Positions 37,640 to 43,883 of a stretch of DNA of 43,883 nucleotides are shown here, one piece after another; position 1 is the stretch's first letter, and each line of letters starts with the position of its first letter. This DNA comes from a virus, in IMG/VR virus record IMGVR_UViG_3300014348_000129, positions 1-43,883 of that record. One strand, given 5' to 3'. A program made the translations under genes and the position numbers. The notes beneath the pieces were generated by a model that saw nothing but the letters and a program-made list of their open reading frames with translations, ran no database searches and was not told where the DNA came from.

Positions 37640-39369
37640 CACCCCTCGCCTCCCTGCCGCATCCATTCGGCGCGGATGCGGATGCCGCGATAGACGGTGG
37701 CGCCGTGGCTCTTGGCCTTCTGGAACTGGCGCATGCCGCCGGCGCCGTCTTCCCAGCTGCGCCCTGTCGCCTTGGCGAAGCGCTTCTCGAAGGTCGCCCG
37801 GTTGAACTTGAACACGCCCTCGGCGTCGGCGAAGCGTTCGTAGGCCACGAACAGGTCGAGCGGCTTTTCCGACGCATCCGTCTCCCCGGTCACCACGCAG
37901 GCGACGCGGATGAAGGTGCCGATCGGGTCGCTCTCCTCGCGATATTCCTGGCTGGCGGCGCGCACCGCCTCGGGGATCGACAGGCCCTCGTTCAAATATT
38001 CGATGGCGCCCTCGACCATCCAGGCGAACACCGCATCCGCCTCGCGGCGCAGCTTCGCCGGCAGCATGCGGTCGACCTGGTCCTTCGGGATCTGCACGTC
38101 CCAAGGAACCAGGAGCACGCGCCGCCAGATGCCGTCGCTGTCGTCGTCGATGCGCGGCTTGTGGTTGCCGGACAGAACGATCTTGAACTGCGGATCGACC
38201 TCGAAGAAGTCCTTGTGCAGCCGGCGCACCGGGATCTTCTCGCCGCCGGTGAGCAGCTTGATCAGCGCGTCCTTGAGCTTCACCCCGGACTCGGGCTCCG
38301 ATGCCGATACCAGCCGCGCGCCGGGCAGGCGCGCAAGATCCGGCGTCGCCTCGCCGCCGCCGCGCTTCTGCTCGCCAGAGAAGCTGTCGATCGACAGCGT
38401 GACGGCGTAGTCGTCGAGCACGTGGCAGATCAGGTCCATGAAGGTCGACTTGCCGTTGCGCCCGGCGCCGTGGAAAAACATCATCGACTGCTCGATGGTC
38501 AGCCCGGTCAGGCAGTAGCCGAAGAAGCGCTTCAGGAAGGCGCGGATCTCCGGGTCGGGCTGCACCTTGTGCAGGAAGCGGCGGAACTCGGGAGCCTGCG
38601 TGATGCCTTCCTCGCTCCAGTCGACGGGCGCGAGCTTGGTGATCATGTCGTCCTGGCGGTGCGGTCGAAGGACGGCGCGCCAGCGGAACCGGGGATCGTC
38701 CGGGTCGCTCTCCTCGTCCTCTTCCTGGATGAAGTCGATCGTGCCGCTGCGGCAGTTCACGGAATAGCGCAGCGTGTTCAGTTCCTGGACGGTTCGCAGC
38801 ACGTAGGGGCGCATTTCCGTCGTCATGTTGGAGAGCTTCGACGATCCGGCCGTCGATTTGGCGTGCCGTGCCCGGCTCTTCTTGCGGTCGGCGACGGCCC
38901 GGCGCAGCCGCGCCGCTTCCGCCGCCGCCGCGGTCAGGGCGGCACGCTCCGCCTTCTGCTCTGCGCTCCATCCGCCGTCCGGTTCGCTCATCCGCTCGAG
39001 CGCGGCCTTGGCGATGTCGCCGGCCTCGATCCGCTCGCGCTCCTTCGGATAGGCGCCGAGCACGACGATCTCGTCGCGGATGGCGATCGCCGCCTCATGG
39101 GCGAGCCTGCGGATGCGTGCGTCGTCCTCGTCCTCCTTCCAGCGCATGCCGTCGAACACGTGCCAGCCGATGTTGGCGACGGCGATGGCGATGTGCGAGG
39201 CGGCGCCGTAATGCTCCGCCGCAAGGTCGCCGCAGCGTCGCCGCATGCGCCGGCCGTTGCCGATGTCGGTCTCCGCCTCCTCGGCGCAGGCCTCCAGCAA
39301 CCGGCGTGCGGCTTCCGCTTCCCGGTCGGCCGGCGCCCCTCCGGCGTGGTCCTCTGTACCGGCGGTCAC
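37639..39369 (-). CDS. P4/D5-type primase-helicase C-terminal module (SF3 helicase)
   Basis: About 576 aa from GTG 39369 (GTGA overlap); alternative ATG at 39411. Walker A FFHGAGRNGKSTF, Walker B-region ARLVSASEPE, and a D5_N-like region upstream. Confidence 0.82.
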   Translation of the reverse strand: MTAGTEDHAGGAPADREAEAARRLLEACAEEAETDIGNGRRMRRRCGDLAAEHYGAASHIAIAVANIGWHVFDGMRWKEDEDDARIRRLAHEAAIAIRDEIVVLGAYPKERERIEAGDIAKAALERMSEPDGGWSAEQKAERAALTAAAAEAARLRRAVADRKKSRARHAKSTAGSSKLSNMTTEMRPYVLRTVQELNTLRYSVNCRSGTIDFIQEEDEESDPDDPRFRWRAVLRPHRQDDMITKLAPVDWSEEGITQAPEFRRFLHKVQPDPEIRAFLKRFFGYCLTGLTIEQSMMFFHGAGRNGKSTFMDLICHVLDDYAVTLSIDSFSGEQKRGGGEATPDLARLPGARLVSASEPESGVKLKDALIKLLTGGEKIPVRRLHKDFFEVDPQFKIVLSGNHKPRIDDDSDGIWRRVLLVPWDVQIPKDQVDRMLPAKLRREADAVFAWMVEGAIEYLNEGLSIPEAVRAASQEYREESDPIGTFIRVACVVTGETDASEKPLDLFVAYERFADAEGVFKFNRATFEKRFAKATGRSWEDGAGGMRQFQKAKSHGATVYRGIRIRAEWMRQGGEG

Positions 39370-39641
39370 GATTGCCCGCCCTCGTCGTCCAGCACGATTC
39401 CGTGGTCGCATGGATGGTGTCCGAGCACGGCCCAAAGGCGCGCACGCTGCGCCGCGTCGCACAGTCGCCCGGCGAAGGCGTCGCGCACCGCCGAGTAGGG
39501 CAGCCCGGAAAGCTGCATCAGCTCGGCCGCCAGGTCGGCGCGGGCATGCACCGGCCTCCCGTCGAAGCCGTCGCGGGCGATCGCCCGGGCGAACAGGAAG
39601 CCGCGCAGCATGGCCGGCGAGAATTCAGGACGCGGAGGCAT
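39366..39641 (-). CDS. Hypothetical protein (91 aa)
   Basis: ATG 39641 lies 6 nt after AGGAGG. Overlaps both neighbouring genes. Confidence 0.55.
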   Translation of the reverse strand: MPPRPEFSPAMLRGFLFARAIARDGFDGRPVHARADLAAELMQLSGLPYSAVRDAFAGRLCDAAQRARLWAVLGHHPCDHGIVLDDEGGQS

Positions 39642-40245
39642 CGCGAGCCTCCTGTTTCCCATCTGTTTGACGTGAAACGGAGGGCGGTTCCCGTTCCGTC
39701 AGGTAGGTGAACGGATCGCCGCCGATGGCGCGGCAGGCGAGCAGTAAGGTCGTCGCCGAGACCGACCGTCCCTGCTCGATCTTGCGCCATTCGGTCCGCG
39801 CGACACCCGCCCGCCGCGCGGCCGTGTCGACATCGATCCCCGTCTTCGATCGCCAGCCCGCGGCATGATAGGCGAGCTTCGTCCAGTCGACTGCGCTCCG
39901 GCCCCGGTCTCCGTCGCGCAGTTCGGAGACTCGCGCCACCGCGATACCGCGGGTGCGCGCTCCGGCGAGGATGGCGTAGGCGGCCGCCGAATGGTCGCTG
40001 CGCCCGATCAGCGAGGCGACCGCCGAGAGCGACAGCCATGGACATTCGGTCCACGCGCGATAGGCGATGTCCTGGCGTGCCGTCAGGATCGGTCGTGATT
40101 GCTTCCGTCCGACCAGCTCGTCGATCGACACGCCGGCGGCGAACAGCTCCGCGTCGCGGATGGCCGTCGCGCGGGCGCCGAAGCGGGCGACATCGGCCGT
40201 CCGAACCAGCGAGCGCAGAGAGGGCGCGGGAGCGGAAGCGATCAC
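39625..40245 (-). CDS. DnaA-domain-IV-like + XRE-HTH DNA-binding protein
   Basis: 206 aa from GTG 40245 (GTGA overlap). RKQSRPILTARQDIAYRAWTECPWLSLSAVASLIGRSDHSAAAYA resembles Bac_DnaA_C. C-terminal HTH VDTAARRAGVARTEWRKIEQGRSVSATTLLLACRAIG. Confidence 0.6.
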   Translation of the reverse strand: MIASAPAPSLRSLVRTADVARFGARATAIRDAELFAAGVSIDELVGRKQSRPILTARQDIAYRAWTECPWLSLSAVASLIGRSDHSAAAYAILAGARTRGIAVARVSELRDGDRGRSAVDWTKLAYHAAGWRSKTGIDVDTAARRAGVARTEWRKIEQGRSVSATTLLLACRAIGGDPFTYLTEREPPSVSRQTDGKQEARDASAS

Positions 40246-41240
40246 GCCACGTCCTCCATGGCATCGACCATCGGCGCCGTCTCCGGCGTGGCGTCCGCCT
40301 CGCGCCGGAGATTGCGCACCGCCTGGCGGAAATAGCTCGGCTTCAGTTCGAAGCCGATGCCGCGCCGGCCGGCATGGATCGCGCCCCACACCTCCGAGCC
40401 GATGCCGAGGAATGGCGTGATGACGATGTCGCCGGGATTGCTCCACAGGTCGACGCACCGCTCGATGACGTCGAGCTGCAGCGGCGAGATATGCTTCTCG
40501 TCGCGTTCGTCCTTGGCCGACTGGTACTGGAGCACGCGCGACTGGCGTATGTCGGACCACACAGGCGACGCATAGCGCTGCCACACCTCGATCGAGTACC
40601 AGTTCCGTCCGTCACGGTCGGTCGTGTATTTCGTCGGGTCCGGCCCGTCGCCCTCCCCGACATAGCGCCTCAGGCAACCCGCAACCGGCTCCGGATTGTC
40701 GCCCGGCTTGCGGAAGCTGACGACATAGTCGGCGAGCCCCTGCCCGCTCAAGGTGCTGTCCTTCACGACCTGCTTGTGCAGCAGCCGGATGCTCTTGGTG
40801 CGCTGCTGCGCCACCACCGGATCCTTCCAGATGCACACTTCCGAATGCAGCAGCCAGCCGGCATCCTCCCAGGTGCGGATGACCTCGCCGCGGAAGTCGC
40901 GCATGCCGATGTGCCCGTCGCGGATCTTCGACGTCGGCAGCTGCATGACGTGCACCGAATGCAGTCGTCCCGGCATGGTGACGCGCAGCAGCTCCTCGAT
41001 TAGGAACCGGTAGTGCGTCCAGAAGTCGTCGCCTTCGCTGTTCGACAGGTCGCGGTCGAAGCCGGAAAATTTGTAAAGGCCCTCGAAGGGCGGCGAGTGC
41101 AAGCCGTAATGGATCGATCCGTCGGGAACCGCCCTGATCAGCTCGCAGCTGTCGCCCTGGTAGATGGCGTATCGGTCGGTGACGACCTGGTCGACGGCTG
41201 CGATGGCGAGCGCCGGGGAATCGGTTCTTCGACGGGTCAT
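40242..41240 (-). CDS. DNA methyltransferase, N4-C/N6-A beta class (N6_N4_Mtase family)
   Basis: 332 aa from ATG 41240. Catalytic SPPF (LHSPPFEGLY) precedes the AdoMet motif ITPFLGIGSE. Confidence 0.85.
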   Translation of the reverse strand: MTRRRTDSPALAIAAVDQVVTDRYAIYQGDSCELIRAVPDGSIHYGLHSPPFEGLYKFSGFDRDLSNSEGDDFWTHYRFLIEELLRVTMPGRLHSVHVMQLPTSKIRDGHIGMRDFRGEVIRTWEDAGWLLHSEVCIWKDPVVAQQRTKSIRLLHKQVVKDSTLSGQGLADYVVSFRKPGDNPEPVAGCLRRYVGEGDGPDPTKYTTDRDGRNWYSIEVWQRYASPVWSDIRQSRVLQYQSAKDERDEKHISPLQLDVIERCVDLWSNPGDIVITPFLGIGSEVWGAIHAGRRGIGFELKPSYFRQAVRNLRREADATPETAPMVDAMEDVA

Positions 41241-42631
41241 GCGAATTCCTCCCATGCCGGCAGGACGAGCCGGGTCTCCGCCCGGTAGTCCGGGCGATCG
41301 CGGACGAGGCCGCGCACGTTCGCCGCGTTGAGGTCGGCCATGTGCCGCACCATCGCTTCGGCCATGCGCTCGGCGTCGCGCTCCTTGCGCTCCTGGTTGG
41401 CGACGACGTTGCCCTCGCTGTCGGCGGCGATGAAGTCGGCGATCACCTCGCGTTTCTGGCCGAAGCGCCAGAAGCGCCGGGTCGCCTGGTAGACCTGCTC
41501 GAAACTGTCATTCAGCCCGATGAAGCCGGTGCGGTGGCAATGCTGCCAGTTCATCCCGAATCCGCAGATCGACGGCTTGGTCACCAGTACGCGTATCCTG
41601 CCCTCGCTGAATTCGCGGAGCTTCCGCTCCTTGTCGTCATCGCTGTCGGAACCGCGCACCTCGACGGCGCCGGGGACGGCCGCGGCGACGCCTTCCGTCT
41701 CCGCATTGAGGTTTCCCCACCAGACGAAATGTTCGTCGGCCGGCGTCAGTTCGACGGCGCGGCGCACGCGCTCGCCGAGCGACGACCGCCGCGCGTGCTG
41801 CCGCTCGGCCATGGTCTCGGCGAGCACCGGCAGCATGGAGAACTGGCCGCTGACCTCCTGCCGGCTCGCCGTCTCGACGATGTGCAGTCGCTTGACCAGC
41901 GGCGGCAGCTCGTAGCCGTCGTCCGCATAGCCGAGGTCCGACGGCTTGCGCAGCATCACCGCCCAGGACGCCATCCATTGCCAGAAATCGTCTTCGGCAT
42001 GGCCCTTCAGCCGCCACGTCTTCGTTTCCGCCGAATCGTGGACGAAGAAGGTCGACAGCATGTCCGTGTAACTCATCACGCCGAGGAACTCGGCGTGGTT
42101 GCCGAGTTCCATGAAGTCGTTCGGCGCCGGCGTCGCCGTCGCCGCGAGGCGGAACGGGATCTGCGCCGCCGAGCGGATCAGCCGCGTGCGGTAGTGGCCG
42201 TCATGGCTTTTCAGGATCGAGCTTTCGTCGAGCGCGATGCCACCGAAGTTGGACAGGTCGAAATGGTCGAGCTTCTGGTAGTTGGTGATCGTGGTCGCGA
42301 CCGTCGCTTCGCCCGGCTGGACGACGCGCGCCTCGATCGTGAACGCCGCCGCCTCGCGTTCGTGCTGCGGGCCGACCGCGAGCGGCGCCAGCAGCAACAC
42401 CGGACGGCCGGTGAAGCGCGCCACCTCGCGCGACCACACCAGCTCCATCAGCGTCTTGCCGAGGCCGGTGTCGGCGAAGATCGCTGCCCTGCCGCGGCGC
42501 AGCGCCCAGCGCACGATGTCGCGCTGGTGCGGAAACAGGAAGTCCGGCAGGGCCGGAACCGTCTCCATGCCGGTCGACGGGTCGGCGACGCGCTTGCTGG
42601 CGAGGAAGTCGCGATAGGACTGGATGGTCAT
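41237..42631 (-). CDS. SNF2/DEAD-like SF2 helicase
   Basis: 464 aa. Motif I ADTGLGKT, motif II ALDESS, motif III ATATP, and C-terminal helicase motifs (VLVTKPSICGFGMNWQ, QATRRFWRFGQ). Confidence 0.85.
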   Translation of the reverse strand: MTIQSYRDFLASKRVADPSTGMETVPALPDFLFPHQRDIVRWALRRGRAAIFADTGLGKTLMELVWSREVARFTGRPVLLLAPLAVGPQHEREAAAFTIEARVVQPGEATVATTITNYQKLDHFDLSNFGGIALDESSILKSHDGHYRTRLIRSAAQIPFRLAATATPAPNDFMELGNHAEFLGVMSYTDMLSTFFVHDSAETKTWRLKGHAEDDFWQWMASWAVMLRKPSDLGYADDGYELPPLVKRLHIVETASRQEVSGQFSMLPVLAETMAERQHARRSSLGERVRRAVELTPADEHFVWWGNLNAETEGVAAAVPGAVEVRGSDSDDDKERKLREFSEGRIRVLVTKPSICGFGMNWQHCHRTGFIGLNDSFEQVYQATRRFWRFGQKREVIADFIAADSEGNVVANQERKERDAERMAEAMVRHMADLNAANVRGLVRDRPDYRAETRLVLPAWEEFA

Positions 42632-43071
42632 CGCCGCGCGGCCTCCACGTGATAGATCGTCGTGCGCCGGAAGCCTGGCTTGCCGATCCGCCGGATCATG
42701 TTCCGCGCCGCCAGTTTGGAGAGGATGTTGCGCACGCTGCCCTCTGTCAGGGCCGTCGCGGTCGCGATCGAGCCGACGCCGATTTCGGCGTTGCCGTCGC
42801 GATCGGCGGCCAGTGCAATGGCGTCGAGCACGCGCATCTCGCCAACGCTCAGCCCCAGGTCACGTGCCCGCTCGATGTCGCGCCGCGATACGCTCGCCGG
42901 CGTCGGCTCCTGCGTTGCGGGCGAATCCGCCGCGACGACGATGCCGTCGAAATGGCGTTGCACGAAACTCGTCGGCGACAGCCCTGCGGCCTTGGCCGCC
43001 TTCTCGATCGCGGCGTTCGTGTCGCGATCGCAGCGCACGGTGAAGCGGTAGATCTGCAGGGCGTCGCTCAT
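42628..43071 (-). CDS. RHH + winged-helix DNA-binding protein
   Basis: 147 aa from ATG 43071. N-terminal YRFTVRCDRDTNAAIEKAAKAAGLSPTSFVQRH is ribbon-helix-helix-like. C-terminal LTEGSVRNILSKLAARNMIRRIG is wHTH-like. Confidence 0.55.
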   Translation of the reverse strand: MSDALQIYRFTVRCDRDTNAAIEKAAKAAGLSPTSFVQRHFDGIVVAADSPATQEPTPASVSRRDIERARDLGLSVGEMRVLDAIALAADRDGNAEIGVGSIATATALTEGSVRNILSKLAARNMIRRIGKPGFRRTTIYHVEAARR

Positions 43072-43883
43072 GCCGCTCGCTCCCGACCGCGGGCACGCAG
43101 CACGTCGTTCCAGTCCGCACCGTCCGGAGCCCATTCGGTCCGTGCGGCGAAAGCGGCCAGCCGCCGCTCTGCGCGCGTCATTGCCGCCTGCGTGGTGAAC
43201 CGGTCGCTGTCGCTGTCGCCGAGCAGGATGATCCGGCCTGCATCGGACGGGGTGACCTGGAGACAGTCGCGGTCGTCGGGATCGGGCGTCGGCCCGGCGA
43301 TGCGGGCGCGGCGCTTTCGCCCGAGACTGTCGGTGACGGTGATGGTCGGATGGTCGATCCTGTCGGCGGCGCGCCCGGCAATGTTGTCGAGATTGATGCC
43401 GCACCACAGGCCGCCCCGGTGTGCCGGGTTGATCGCCGCCCAGGACAGCACGGTCTCGTTGCCCTCGCCGATGGCGAGCTCGCCTCCGTCCGCCTCGCGC
43501 AGCACGACACGTCCGCCGCGCTGGCTGCCCTCGACCTTTTTCGCCGCCAGCATCTCGCCGGTCTCCGGATCGAAGATCTCGGCCTTGCCGCCCGGTAGCG
43601 TGGGGTCGATCCAGGTCCGGTGGACGCCGATGAAACGGCCGTCGGGACCGGTGATGGCGGCGAGCATAGCCGGTCCCGAATGGACCCGAACGAACTCCTG
43701 CCGCTCCTTCGACCAGTGCCAGTAGGCAAGCTCTTCCGTCTCCCTGAGCGTCCTGATCCGCCAGTCGGGAAACGGGATTCCGCGCACCGCCAGGTAGCGC
43801 GCCACCAGATGGCCGCCTCGCGCCGGCTCGATACTGCGGCTCTCCGTCCATATCCGGTGCGCGCGCTCGCGGGCGCGCTGGCG
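43068..43883 (-). CDS. Primase-like protein, Toprim-domain part (C-terminal part of the gene that starts at nt 344)
   Basis: Open on the minus strand to the window end and in frame with 344..1. The Toprim-like core is ELAIGEGNETVLS ... RIILLGDSDSD. Confidence 0.8.
   Translation of the reverse strand, partial: RQRARERAHRIWTESRSIEPARGGHLVARYLAVRGIPFPDWRIRTLRETEELAYWHWSKERQEFVRVHSGPAMLAAITGPDGRFIGVHRTWIDPTLPGGKAEIFDPETGEMLAAKKVEGSQRGGRVVLREADGGELAIGEGNETVLSWAAINPAHRGGLWCGINLDNIAGRAADRIDHPTITVTDSLGRKRRARIAGPTPDPDDRDCLQVTPSDAGRIILLGDSDSDRFTTQAAMTRAERRLAAFAARTEWAPDGADWNDVLRARGRERAA
43861..43883. repeat. Terminal overlap copy 2 (identical to 1..23)
   Basis: 23/23 identity with the window start. 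Confidence 0.95.

Larger units (their letters stand above)
1..43883. mobile_element. Complete circularly closed genome of a temperate lambda-organised siphovirus-type phage (43,860 unique bp)
   Basis: Identical 23 nt at both window ends and one gene reading through the junction. Carries a tyrosine integrase, CI/Cro switch, Nu1/GpA terminase, portal, protease, capsid, non-contractile tail genes (tube, G/GT chaperone, tape measure, J-like) and a lysis cassette. No host-type genes at the edges. Confidence 0.8.

Overview
The window is high-GC and circularly closed. Its first and last 23 nt are identical, leaving 43,860 unique bp, and one gene reads through the junction. It looks like a complete temperate phage genome with lambda-like organisation and a long non-contractile tail. 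The host is probably an alphaproteobacterium, inferred from GC content, GTA-like tail genes, a DnaA-domain-IV-like gene and SRAP sequence features.

Layout:
- **Immunity switch (950..2100):** a cro-like gene, a CI-type HTH+S24 repressor, and two paralogous promoter-operator modules built on TTGCC-N5-GGCAA.
- **Rightward PL-type early operon (2126..7871):** HD hydrolase, beta-clamp, SSB, small proteins, and a protein carrying 19 tandem nonapeptide repeats.
- **Integration region:** a tyrosine integrase (7831..9192, minus strand) followed by a ~410-bp repeat-rich attP-like region.
- **Cargo cluster (9605..10993):** includes an SRAP protein.
- **Long leftward unit that wraps the junction:** cro, a cII-like gene, then eight overlapping replication and DNA-modification genes (Toprim primase, SNF2 helicase, N4/N6 methyltransferase, DnaA-IV-like protein, P4-type SF3 helicase, mini C5 methyltransferase, PAPS-reductase-like protein). 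A 350-bp iteron-rich gap follows. After it come a Nu1/GpA terminase, gpW, lambda-type portal, S49 protease/scaffold, Mu-gpT-type capsid, a tail module with a G/GT-type -1 frameshift, a tailspike, and a lysis cassette ending in a strong intrinsic terminator at 11170..11205.
- **Plus-strand genes inside minus-strand blocks:** a DUF2142/GT-C-like membrane protein convergent with the tailspike, and a secreted TolA-domain-III-like protein.

The most unusual items are:
- the repeat protein with a variable residue pair per repeat (6520..7629);
- the iteron array (35952..36178);
- the TolA-III-like secreted protein;
- the PAPS-reductase-like/mini-methyltransferase pair;
- the tailspike/GT-C module.

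All functional calls rest on motifs I recognise by eye. No database search was run, and start codons are often uncertain.
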